Of a stretch of DNA of 64,000 nucleotides, positions 41,980-64,000 are shown one piece after another. This DNA is from the human T2T-CHM13v2.0 reference genome, Homo sapiens, in the NCBI RefSeq assembly GCF_009914755.1, contig NC_060927.1; one strand, 5' to 3'. The notes beneath the pieces are model-generated. The model ran no database searches and was not told the origin of the DNA. It saw nothing but the letters and a program-made list of their open reading frames with translations. Position 1 is the first letter of the stretch. The number at the start of each line of letters is the position of its first letter. Made by a program: the position numbers and the translations under genes.

Positions 41980-43230
41980 TGTCATCAAAACATACCTGAA
42001 GATTGATACATCTAAAACCTAAATCATGATCTTCCCCCAAAAAAACAAAACAAAACAAAACAAAACCTGTCTTCCTTCAGTATTCCTTTTGTCAGTGAAG
42101 AGCACTAAGTTAAATCAGAAATGTAGGACTCCTCTCTTCTCCACTTCATATTCTACCCATCATCAAGTTCTGCTGACTATATCTCCTAAATATTCTTGAA
42201 TGAATGCCTTTCTATCCTCTTTACCAGCACAACTCTGTCTAAATGAGCCACCATTACCTATCACATGGACAACTAAATTCCTAACCAATACCCCTACATC
42301 CACTCTGGTACCCCTTCAAGCCATTCTTTGCATTTCAGTCGAGTGTTCTTATCAAAAAAGCACATCTGCTGGGTGTGGTGGCTCACATCCCAGCACTTTG
42401 GGAGGCTGAGGTAGGTGGATCACTTGAGGTCCTGAGTTCGAGACCAGCCTGGCCAACATGGTGAAACCCTGTCTCTACCCAAAATACAAAAATTAGCCTG
42501 GTGTCGTGGCACACAACTGTAATCCCAGCTACTTAGGAGGCTAAGACAGCAGAATCGCTCAAACCTGGGAGGCGGAAGGGTGAGGCAAGATCACGCCACC
42601 ACACTTCAGCGTGGGCAACACAGTGAGACTCTGTGTCAAAAAAAAAAGAAAAAAAAAAAAGAAAATCTGACTATGTCCTTTCTTGCTTAAAAACCCTTTA
42701 ATGGCTACTTACTCCTCTTAGTATACTTAGAAAAACGGCAAAAACTTCTTAACATGACCTATAAAAACCTAATAAGGACAGGCCTCTCTCTTCACCTCAA
42801 ACCATGATCTTTTTCTCTCTAACTCTCACTGTTCAAGCCATGCTAGCCTTAATTAGGTCCTTCATTTCACCATTCTCCCTTCTACCACAGGGCCTCTGCA
42901 CTTGCTATTTCTTCTGTCTGGACAACCATCTCCCATCTATCCTTTCTTTGCCAAGTTAACATCTACTCCTCCTTCAGATCATAGCACAAGTATCATTTCT
43001 TGAGGATGCCTTCTCTAATCTGGTCAAATCTCACTAATGTAAGTGTTACCCAATACCTACTCTTATGCCACTGTCACAGGTGCAATTTAAACACTTAATT
43101 TGACATTTCTGTCTTCTCCACCAGACCCTAAGTTCCATGGGGGAAGGGTATCACATCAGTTTTTGCCCCACATAATATCCTGTTGCCTAGGTGGCCCAAT
43201 AAAAATGTGTTGCATGAATGAACAAATGCA
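41980..43230 (+). mobile_element. L2 LINE 3' region with an Alu inserted at about 42367-42660
   Basis: cttgcttaaaaaccctttaatggct, ccacagggcctctgcacttgct, and the terminal catgaatgaacaaatg. Confidence 0.7.
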
Positions 43231-44996
43231 TGAACCATGCTCAAAAATCATGAGATATGGTCCAGACTGCCTAAGTCAAAGTTCAGTTGCCAGCAATCAC
43301 AAAACATTCACCACTAGGTCAAACTCCTATCACCATGATCTTCACTATACTAAATTTTCTTTGGCAAGGTCCTTTTAGCTAAGATAATGAAGTTTACTTA
43401 TGACAGGCCTTCTTCTGGTGGCTTCCTATTTACATGAAGAAACCATCAAAAACTCAAACTCCATTGAATAAAATAAAGCAATCTAAGAATGTCTGATTGT
43501 AGCTTTCATAACAAAACTATAAATTAGTTTTTTGAGTTTTTCTTAACACCTCATTGAGTTTTTCTTAATACCTCGTTTTCTTAATACTTCATGTCAAGTC
43601 CCAAAGCAAAGACAAATCATTCCTTGTTTGTCTTGAAATCTGAACCTCTTACTCAACTTATCCCAAGATAAACCACTGAAAATAAAACTCTACCAAAAAA
43701 TAACATTTAAAGAAGTTAAAGTCTCTAGACACTTAAAAAATCAAAAGAAAAAAAAAACTCAGCAGAAAAAGGAGAAGAAATGAGGGCAATGTTTGGATGA
43801 AAAACTCTCTTTGACCACACAAAACAAGAAACACATCTTCCCCATGAATTCTGGCAAGGTCAACTCTCAGCCTCATTCATAAAATTCTTGGATAGCTTCC
43901 TTGGCCTAAAAACAACAACAACAACAAAAACCCCACATGACTTCACAGTGACTATTCTAAAGCCTGAGTATGGATATGGTTGCCTAGGAATATTGCCCAT
44001 TTCGATGGTAAGCAAACAGTTCTCAGTGATGTTTCAAAAATTTTTCTTAAGTCATAAAAATAGTAGATATTATAATTCATTTTTAAAAAGGTAAATGAAT
44101 GGAAAATGTAAGATCCTGTTTTAAACAGAAGCTGCAGTATCAGAAATTAGAGATTTAGGAAAAGACAAACATTTCTAGAGAAGTAATGAGAGTTAAAGAA
44201 AACACTGGTCCTTCAGATTCCAAAATGGCCAAATGACTCAGCAAGAAAGTTTAGTAATACTATACCAATGTCAATTTCCTGGTTTCGATATTATACTACA
44301 GTTACATAAGATGCCACCACTGGGGGAAGCTAGGGGAAGGATTCAAGGGACTCTATGCTATTTTTGCAACTTTCCGTGAATCTACAATCATTTCAAAATA
44401 AAGTTTTAAAAAAATATTAGTGGGGAATATTCAGGATAATACAACTGTAATTTTAAGTAGCGTGTGGCACTTTCCCAAGCACTGAGTCATTCTAGTGAAT
44501 TTCTGAACCTGAATGGATCGTGAGAACTCCTGGATAGGTAGCCAGTGGTCAGGAGCACAGGTAGCGAAGGGACCTCCAAATTTGTGGCTGGTGTCTTAAG
44601 TGAGGATAGTCTTCTGGGGACTGTGACCTTAACCTATGAAGTCTATGTTAACTCCCAGTAGTGTCAGAATTCCATTGCAACAACTTCTAGGTAATCTACT
44701 ATCAGTATTTCTTTTTTCAAAAACACTGCTCTAGGATCTACAATTCAGGTTTTCTAAGTCCCAAATTCAAAACTATGAATCAACGAATAATGCATTAAAT
44801 GTCAAACAGTATTTCAAACATGTATGAGCAACGAAAAACAACAGCTAAGAAAGTTAAGAATTGGTTCTCAAAATAAAACAATGTTATACAACGTCATGAA
44901 TTTCTCCAATAAAGATTAAGTGGCCTTGGGCTTTCAAGTTTTAACTCTGGTCCAATCTCCAGTGAAATTATCTAACTTTCCTCCTCAACTAGCTGA

Positions 44997-45788
<792 letters not shown>

Positions 45789-45791
45789 TAA

Positions 45792-46114
<323 letters not shown>

Positions 46115-46184
46115 ATGTCCAAGTAACCGTTAACACATTATCTCAATTGATCCTCACAATAATCCTGTGAGGTACTTGATGTTA

Positions 46185-46516
46185 TTTCACATTTTACAGA
46201 TGAGAAAAATGACCCTAAATGGCATGCTGAAGGTCACACAGCCAGCAGGCAGAAAAGCTGGAACTTACACTCTTGACTACTCTACCACAGGTGTCCCTCT
46301 AAACAAAGGGAAGTTTTACAATGCTAACACAACTTTCTGAACACCATCCTTTTCACATTTTACAGATAAGAAAAATGAGCCTAAATGGCATGCTCAAGGT
46401 CACACAGCCAGCAGGCAGAAAAACTGGAACTTACACTCTTGACTATTCTACCACATGTGTCCCTCTAAATGAAGGGAAGTTTTACAATGCTAACACAACT
46501 TTCTGAACACCATCCT
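46185..46516. repeat. Tandem duplication, two copies of 166 bp, partly MIR-derived
   Basis: Copies at 46185-46350 and 46351-46516 with about 8 substitutions by eye. Confidence 0.95.
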
Positions 46517-46629
46517 CCATATCGCAGCACACTACTAAACAGCTTCAAGACACACGAAAAAATTAGAATCAGTCACAGAATTACAGGAACCTTAAGGATC
46601 ATTTCTAGTATAATTTCCCATTTTACATT

Positions 46630-49700
<3,071 letters not shown>

Positions 49701-49779
49701 GAATTATTACTTATGGCAAGAACCTTTCAAGTGATTTATAATCTCACTGTTAAAACAAGACTTTAAATATAATTAAGAT

Positions 49780-50740
49780 AACCCTATTAAAAAACAGAGA
49801 AAGAATTCAAATAAACATTTCTCCAAAGAAAATATCCAAATGGCCAAAAGACACATTAAAAGATGCTCACCTTGTTAGTCATTAAGGAAATACAAATAAA
49901 ACCACAATGAGGTACCATTTCACACCCACTAGGGTGGTTAAAATCAAAGTATAACAAGTGTTAAAGAGAAGTAGAAATTAGAACCCTCATACACTGCTGG
50001 TGGGAATGTAAAATGGCCCAAGCAGTTTGTTTTTGGAAAACAGCCTTACGGTTCCTCAAAATGTTAAACATAAAAGAGTTACCATATTTCCTAGCAATTC
50101 CATTTCTAGGCATATATGTATAGTTCACACAAAACCTTGTACATAAACGTTCCTAACAGCATTATTCAAAATGGCCAAAAAATGGAACCAATGTAAATGT
50201 TCATCAACTGATGAAAAGATAAACAAAACATGCTATATTCTCCATACCATGGAATCTTACTTGGCAATAAAAAAGAACAAAATACTGATACATGCTACAA
50301 CAAAATGTATAAATGTTGAAATTATGCTAAGTAAAAGAAGCCAGTCACAAAGGACCACATATGGTATAATTCCATTTATATGAAGCATCCAGAATAGGCA
50401 AATCCTTAGGAAAAGAACATAGATTAGAAGTTATACAGGGATAGAGCAGGTGGGGTGGAAATGTGGAATGACTGCTCAATGGGTACAGAGTTTCTTTTGG
50501 GGGTGATGAAAATGTTTTGGAATTAGGTTGTGGTGATGGTTGTACCGCTCTGTGAATATACTAAAAACCACTGAAAAGTACACTAAGAAAAATGAAGTTT
50601 AAGGTATATAAAATATATCTCAAAAAAGCTGTAAAGCAAAATGTTAATAGGAGAAATGGGTGCATGACATACAGATACTCTGTACTATCTGTAATATTCC
50701 TGTAAATCCGAAACTTCTAAAATAAAAGGTGTATATACAA
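49780..50740 (+). mobile_element. Old L1M (L1MB/L1MC-like) 3' end
   Basis: aaaccacaatgaggtaccatttcacacccactagg and tttcttttgggggtgatgaaaatgttttggaattag motifs. Confidence 0.82.
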
Positions 50741-51820
50741 ATTAGGAAACAAGACATATAATAAATAGCTAAAGTAAGGGATGAGCTCAAATAGCACCAC
50801 AGAACTTTGAAAAGATTCACGCACAGTGTTTCAGATTTTAAAATAAGTGCTGAATAAATATTAGATGGAAACAAATGAGGTTAGGCCTCATCCACAGGGT
50901 CACACACAGCACAGATAGAAGGAAAAATAGAATTCAAAGACCTGAAACAAGCTCATCACTCATCTGACTAAACAATTTCCATTTTCTTACTTACATAAAC
51001 TTTCCAAATAAATTTACTTTCTCACAACCCAAAAACTTTCAGAAATGTCTACGTGGAAAAATATACACATGCTGGTAAACAACAGTGTCACTTTATCAAT
51101 GTAAATCTAGTCCCTCTGCACCTTGGATTAGGATTTTATTAGGAAAGCATTTTAACACAATTTTGCCATATCCATTTCTAAAAGTCTAAAGACCTTATTT
51201 TCTATAGCTAAGATGTTATTATCATAGAATTTAAGATTCAATTCAGGTGAAACCTAAAAGATGTCAAGATTCGTTTTCATTGTCTTCTCCATATGAATAA
51301 TAAAGCACTCAAAGTGTTCAAAAAGAAGATACTGACTGGAAAGGGACATAGGGAATTACTAGGGGGATAAAAATGTCCTATACCTTTACTTTATTCTTGG
51401 TTATACTGTACCCATACACTGTTGTATGCATACGTAAAAATTCATTAAGCTATATATACATCTTTGATCTGTGGATCAAAAGATCTGAAAATTATACCTC
51501 AATTTTAAATAATGAATTTTTTAAGTGTTCCAACAAATTACCTTATTATCCCAAAGCATGTGATGTAAGAATAAGATTTTGTTTTCTTTTAATAAAAGGA
51601 ATCAGGCATGGAGAAGTAAAGCAGTTTGCCTTGGTACCTCAAAAATCAAGAAGAAAAACAAGTCTCCCAACTCTGTTCTATAATCTAAACTTCATGCCTC
51701 ACAGAGATTGAATCCTGAGATTCTACTGAGAAGGTGAAAAGAAAAAGGGGAAAAGGGCAGAATAAAAGAATAAGGGGAAAAAGAACAGAACCAATCCTCA
51801 CTCAATAAGTCACCCAGAGA

Positions 51821-56981
<5,161 letters not shown>

Positions 56982-57166
56982 TAGCTGTTTCAATGGAACC
57001 TTTCATCAAAGGATCTCAAAACAAATGTTACTGACATTACCAATAATCAAATTGGTGACCCTATGGCTACAGAAAGAAATATATCAATGACCTAAGGAAT
57101 TCAATACTGATATTCTGAAACCCAGCCCTCTGTTCTAAAAACAAAATCTAGTTTTATGTATAGTAG

Positions 57167-57900
57167 TGTGCTATAAGAAACATACATATTTGGTCTTTGT
57201 CCTTGATTCCTGGCAGAGCTCCTAAAACCCTTAGGTTTTCCTCAATAACAGAAGCGCTTTTTGTTATTCATAATGTATTCCTTTCAACCACACCTGAGTT
57301 TATACTAATTAGGTGACTCTTGGTGGGCCTCTAGATAGCTTCAGGATAGGGCTGGTTGCCAGGGGAACCAACCAAGCGATTAGAGTATTGGAACTTTTAG
57401 TCCTCCACTCCTCAACCTTTGGGGAAGAGAGAGGAACTGGGGACTGACTAAATGATGGGGTTTGGAAAGATTCCCAGGTAGTGAATACATGGAGGTGCTG
57501 GGAGGGTTTTGTGCCCAGAGAGGACATGAAAGCCTCACACCCCTCCCCCATAGCTTGCCCTATGTATTTATTTCATTTAGCTGTTCCTGAGTTGTACCCT
57601 TTATAATAAATTGATAAACATAAGTGTTTTCCTGAGTTCTATGAGTCTTTCCAGTGAATTAACGAACCTGAGGAAGGGGTCACGAGAACCCCTGAATTTG
57701 CAGCCAAGCCAGACAGAAGTGTGGGTGGCCCAAGACTTGTGACTAGCATCTCAAGCAGCAGCAGTCTTTTGGGACTGAGCCCTTTAACTTGAGATCTGAC
57801 ACTAACTCCAGGTAGACAGTGTCAGAATTGAATGGAATTGTTGAACACTCAGTGTCATAGAACTGAAGGTGAATTAGGTGTGGTATGGAAAAACCCCCAT
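57167..57900 (+). mobile_element. MER21-family LTR
   Basis: tatttggtctttgtcc, cacctgagtttatactaattaggtgact, gatagcttcaggatagggctggttgccag and gacagtgtcagaattgaat motifs. Confidence 0.78.
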
Positions 57901-58696
57901 AGGTAGTAATTCTTGGGATATATTTGTAAAGCTTGATGATACAAATGTATTTGTTGATATAACCTCCCAACTTACCTTGATGCACATGTACAAATAGAAA
58001 ACCCAAAAATGTAAGCAATGCTGTCAAGAACAGTTGCCACTAAAAATACCTGGCATTAATTTTATGCCATCTACATGCCAGGCATTAAGCTCAGCATAAA
58101 TTATTTGCAGTGTACAAAACTCTGAGATGCAGATACTGTCCTCAACAGCAGAAGAGACAATTAAATCTCATAAATGTCCCACTATACACAGCAAGTAGCA
58201 GAGTTATGAACTAAAGCTAGTTTTAACACATAAATCCCTGCCAACTTCTACATTACAGCAACCTTTACTTTTTATCATGTAGTGTAAAATTATAAACTTT
58301 AACAATCCTTGAGGACAGCATCCTCAAAATATGTTCTTGAAAGACTAGTCTTGAAAAATTCTCTCAAATAATAAAAATAAAATATAAAGAAATCACATGT
58401 ACCTATCTAGTATTCTACTTGTCTACACATTTTTTTAAGAACTGCCTTTTTCAGCATTATACTCTTGCTGACTGACAAACATTTCATTTTTTTCTCCTCC
58501 AGTTAATAAGAAACTAAAGTCATCAAGACACTACTTTCTCTTCAGTACCAATATCAGCAATGAGGAAAGAGGTCACTAGAAATCAGGAAATCTTACAACT
58601 TCTGAATATATTTGGATAGTTATATTTCCAAGTATTATCTTCAGTACCAAAATCCTAATTCTTCAATTGTTTTTCATTAGATATGGTGGCTAATGA

Positions 58697-59030
<334 letters not shown>

Positions 59031-60389
59031 GATATGGTAGCTAAAGCTCTCACTATTCTGGTCTCATTCATCTAGAAAATTTAGATTATCCCTGTCCTTT
59101 TAAAATGTAACATCCAAGAATGGATACAACATAGATATAATCTGACAGTCCAAGAACAAAGGGACTATTACTTCTTTTAATCTAGCACTGTACCTCTGTA
59201 AGTGTTCACCAATGTTAGCTTTTTTTTTAACAGCCAAATCATACAACTTACCTTAGATTATGGGACTCATCAAATGAAAACAAAACTTTTGAGCCAGATA
59301 ATTTCTGTTTAAGAGTAGGATCTTGCCTGGGCGCGGTGGCTCACACCTGTAATCCCAGCACTTTGGAAAGCTGAGACAGGTGGAGAGCCTGAGGTCAGGA
59401 GTTCGAGACCAGCCTTGCCAACATAGTAAAACCCCATCTCTACCAAAAATGCAAAAATTAGCCAGTTGTGGTGGCATGTGCCTGTAATCCCAGTTACTTG
59501 GGAGGGTGAGGCAGGAGAATTGCTTGAACCCAGGAAGTGGAGGTTGCAGTGAGCAGAGATCATGGCCACCGCACTCCAAACTGGGCCTAGGCAACAGAGT
59601 GAGACGCTGTCTCAAAAAAAAAAAAAAAAAAAAAAAGAATAGGATCTTACATTTCTATTACACCCACCTTGACACTTTCATACCTCATACGTACTTAAAT
59701 CATCTTGATTTTCTTTGATGCAACATATTAGATAAACCTCCCAGTTTTAGTATCATTTATAAATTTTTTGGTAAGCATACTTATACCATTATTCGAGATC
59801 TCAATCCACACAACTTAGCAACAGAATTTACAATCCCGTGTAACCACAACTAAGCTCTACATCAAAATAAGCAAACCAAGTCAAATGACTAACAAACTGG
59901 GAAAATAAATTTGCAACACATAAGCTAATTCCATTACATAAACGGCTCCTACAAATTCATAAGAAAAAAAACTGTTAGGATGTTGTTAAACAGGAATTAA
60001 AATTTGAAAAAAGAAAAAATGTGTAATCAATGAAAAAAGAATCAAAGTCTAACATGGACAGCCAGCTCACAAAAAAAGATACATGATTTTCATATAGATG
60101 AAAAGTTCTTCAACCTCATGCATGAGAGCAATGCAAATGAATCTACGAAGTGATACCATTTTTTTTACCTATCAGATTGGCAAAGACCAAAATGTTTGAT
60201 AACACATCTAAGTTGTAAAGATAATGGAGAAACAAGCACTCTCATAGACTGCTGATTGTAAAATAATTCCAACTAAGGTCTTTAGAGAAAATTTTGAAAA
60301 TATCTGTTAAAAATTTAATTATATCTACCTTTTCTTCAGAGCACCAGTATTCACGCAGCATTATTTGTAACAGCAAAAGTGCTAGCCAC

Positions 60390-61135
60390 AGTTGTTATTC
60401 CAACAGCCATTTCTCCCTTCTTCCTCATTAACCAGAATTCACATTTTGTTCAAGATAGTAATGACTGGTTTCAGGCAATATGGCTATCATATTCTCTTTC
60501 CTAGACACACTTGGAGTGAGGGGCAGCACTATAAATCCCAGTGAAATGTAATGAGACATTACACAGGAAGTGCACTCAAAAGCATGGTCTGCTGACCCCA
60601 CAGCATCAGCATTACATGGGAGCTTAATAGATATACAAATTCTCAGGCCCTACTCCAAACCTATGCATTTCAGAATCTCTGGAAGTATATCCCACAAATA
60701 TGCAATATGAATTGTATTTTAACAAGCTCCCCATGTAATTCTATGCACACTAAAGTTCACGAAGCACTGTTTAGGAGACTTCTGGGAATTTCTTTCCTTC
60801 CCATGTAAAATGACAGCATCTTCCCAGTAAAAAAATGTTTTGCCCTCCATATCCTGTTTTTGAATGCAGTTGGTTGTGCTGGTTGGAGATGAGGCGCCAT
60901 GATGCAACCAAAAGGTGACACAGGGAGGCTGAAAAGCCAACATAATGAGGAAAATAAAGGTGAGGGGAAAAATGTGGGTCCTAAATATTGCTGAGCTACC
61001 AAACTAGTGCTGAATTACCTATCTCGTTGCTTCTGTTTATATAAGACAATAAAATATTTTTACAGCTTAAGTCACTATTAGATTTCCTGGGGTTTTTTAA
61101 ATTATTACTTCCATTATTTACAATTGAATGTATCC
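60390..61135. mobile_element. MLT1-like MaLR LTR with a MER5A DNA transposon inserted at about 60570-60769
   Basis: MER5A motifs cagcatcagcattacatgggagctt, aaattctcaggccctactcca and ttttaacaagctcccc, with MLT1-like flanks. Confidence 0.6.
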
Positions 61136-61995
61136 TAATGATATATATTTTGTCTACGCATGGAATTTTTTTTTTTTTTTTTGAGATCCGGAGTCTTGCT
61201 CTGTTGCCCAGGCAGGAGTGCAGTGGCACAATCTCGGCTCACTGCAACCTCCACTTCCCGGGTTCAAGCCTCCCGAGCAGCTGGGATTACAGGCACCCCC
61301 CACCACGCTTGGCTAGTTTTTGTATTTTTAGTAGAGATGGGGTTTTGCCATGTTGGCCAGGCTGGTCTCAAACTCCTGATCTCAGGTGATCCATCCACCT
61401 CAGTCTCCCAAAGTGCTGGGATAACAGGCATGAGCCACCGCGCCCAGCCTATCCTTGGAAATTAATGGAGCTTTAATTCTAGTGGAAATGACACAGATTG
61501 GGGATAAGACTTGTTAGTGGTCTCAAGACTAACACTGGTTGTCTTAATGCAGTGTGGACATACGAAAAACCCAAAAGAAAAAAAATCACAGGAAATACAT
61601 AACATGAAACACTATGCAGCTGAAAAAAAAAAAAAACGGACACAAGTTGGCCAGGTGTGGTGACTCACACTCATAATCCCAGCACTTTGGGAGGTGGAAA
61701 TGGGAGGATTGCTTAAGGCCAGGAGTCTGAGATCAACCTGGGCAACATAGCAAGACCCTGTCTCGAAAAATTTTTTAAACTACCCAGGCGTGGTGGTGCA
61801 CGCCTCTAGTCCCAGCTAGTCGGGAGGATAAGGCAAGAGGATCCCTTGAGCCCAGGAGGTCAAGGCTGCAGTTAGCTACGATCACACGCACCACTACACA
61901 CCAGCATAGGTGACAGAGTGCCACCATGTCTCTAAAAAATAAAAATAATAAGTTTAAAAATACTGTTTTTTAATGACATGGGCTATAAGTAGCAT

Positions 61996-62187
61996 ACGGT
62001 TAATCCCTGGTCCAAAATGCTTGGAACCAGAAGTGTTTTAGATTTCAGATTTTTTCACATTTTGAAATATTTGCATTATACCTACCAGGCAAGCATCCCA
62101 AATCCAAGCAGCATTTCTTTGAGTGTTATGTTGGTACCCAAAAGATTTCAGATTTTGGATTTTCAAATTTGGGATGCTCAAACTATA
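61996..62187. mobile_element. Tigger4a/MER46A-like MITE
   Basis: tccaaaatgcttggaaccagaagtgttttagatttcagatttt...gggatgctcaaac. Confidence 0.75.
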
Positions 62188-64000
62188 TTGTATGAGGGAA
62201 AAAAGCAAGGTATAGAACTGTTTGAACAGTAGACCTCTATTTGAGTTTTTTAAAGGTAATATAAATATATATGTACATATATACACAAATATGTACATAA
62301 AATATCTGGAAGGAGACACAAAAAGAGGTAAAAATGGTTGTTACTAAGGAGGAGAAGTAAGGACCAGGAATCAGGGATTAAAGTGAGACTTTCATTTCTA
62401 TGGTTTCAACATCTGCATATTCCTATTCAAAATGAGTTTGAAATAAAAATGTTAAAAACTTCTTTTAGACTCATATTACACATAAGAGAATTCTCAAAGT
62501 GACTCAAAGCTGTTATTTCTACAAAGTACCTAAAAATTATTGTTTGCCTACCAGCACCTGGCATAATGCCTTGCCTATAATAGATTCTCAAATGTCTTCT
62601 GACTCAATTTACTATGGAATCAATTCCACAAGCTGCCACTTACGGCATCTAAGAATCTAAAAAATAGCGGCTAGAACTGAGCGCAGTGGTTCACACCTGT
62701 AATCCCAGCACTTTGAGAGGCTGAGGTGGGAGGACTGCTTAAGCCCAGGAGTTCAAGATCAGCGTTGTCAACATAGCAACACCCTATCTCTGCAAAAAAC
62801 AAATTAAATAAATAAAACATACAGGGCAGGTGCAGTGGCTCATGTCCATAATCCCAACACTTTGCAAGGCTGAGGTGGAATGACTGCTTGAGACTAGGAG
62901 TTCAAGACCAGCCTGGGCAACATAGCAAGACCCCATCTCTACAAAAAATACAAAAATTAGCTGGGTATGGTGGCGCACACCTGTAGTCCTAGCTACTTGG
63001 GAGGGTGAGGTGGGAGGATGGCTTGAGCCCAGCAGTTTGAAGTTGCAGTGAGCTATGATTGCACCACTGCACTCCAGCTGAGCAAGAGCAAGACCCTATC
63101 TCTAAAAAAATAAATAAAATAAAATGAAAAGTAGAAAATAAACTTCATATATTTGAACCTTTCTCTTCATAATCAAAGTCTGTCAGATAATTACTTAACT
63201 CTGTTTTCCTTATTCTCCACAATATTTGAGTACTGTCTTAAGTTGTCGGAAAGGAAAATCAGCTCATAACAACCTTCTCTGGGTTTTCCATATGCCCACA
63301 CTGCATTAAGATGACCAATACCAGAAGCAGGCATGGTGGCACATCTGTAGTCGCAGCTACTCAGGATCTAAGGTAGGCGGATCACTTGAGCCCAGTAGTT
63401 CATCTAGCCTGAGCAATACAGCAAGATTCCATTGCTATTTAAAAAAAAAAAAAATGGCCAGGTGCGGTGGCTCACACCTGTAATCCCAGCACTGTGGGAG
63501 GCTGAGGCAGGTGATCACCTAAGGTCAGGAGTTCGAAACCAGCCTGGCCAACATGGCGAAACCCTGTCTCTACTAAAAATACGAAAAAGAATTAGCTGGG
63601 TGAGGTAGCCGGCGCCTGTAATCCCAGCTACTTGGCAGCTGAGGCAGGAGAATCGCTTGAACCCTGGAGGCAGAGGTTGCAGTCAGCCAAGATCGCACCA
63701 CTGCACTTCAGCCTAGGGGACAGAGGAGGACTCCATCTCAAAAAAAAAAAAAAAAAAAAAAAAAACAACACAAACACACCCAAAAAAGATTACTCATACC
63801 AGTGTGAGACCACTAACAAGTCTTGGCCCCAATCTGTTATTTCATTTCCACTAAAACATAAACTCCATTAGGGTAGAAACTTTTATCCACTGTATCTCCA
63901 ACACCTACAACAGGGCCAACAAATATGAAAGTAAGCAATACATATTTTTTTTAATAAACAAATGAAGAAAAAGAGGTCTTCCATAAAAGCCAAGAATAAG

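Larger units (their letters stand above)
59325..63765. mobile_element. Alus: 59325-59636(+), 61165-61450(-), 61649-61950(+), 62668-63120(+, monomer plus dimer), 63320-63765(+, monomer plus dimer)
   Basis: Alu consensus matches. Confidence 0.9.

Overview
This is primate (very likely human) genomic DNA lying inside the minus-strand gene TMCC1 (transmembrane and coiled-coil domain family 1). I can support only two exons. One is a 706-nt exon (16064-16769) holding the start codon and the first 192 codons (MEPSGSEQLFEDPD...GEEGTAER). The other is a 53-nt 5'UTR exon (21033-21085) that ends in a GC splice donor. The rest is intron, dense in Alu, L1, L2, L3, MIR, LTR (THE1, MER9, MER21, MLT1) and DNA-transposon relics, plus Y3 and U6 retropseudogenes and several tandem repeats. 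Almost all ORF-track entries are repeat-derived or chance ORFs. I found no convincing new biological system. The best leads are: a composite U6-led insertion splitting an old L3 element; circRNA, uORF and intronic poly(A) features around the start exon; a G24 tract inside an Alu; a sense-oriented MER9 solo LTR; and an AT-rich minisatellite containing a perfect hairpin. Repeat family names come from recognition by eye and their boundaries are approximate.
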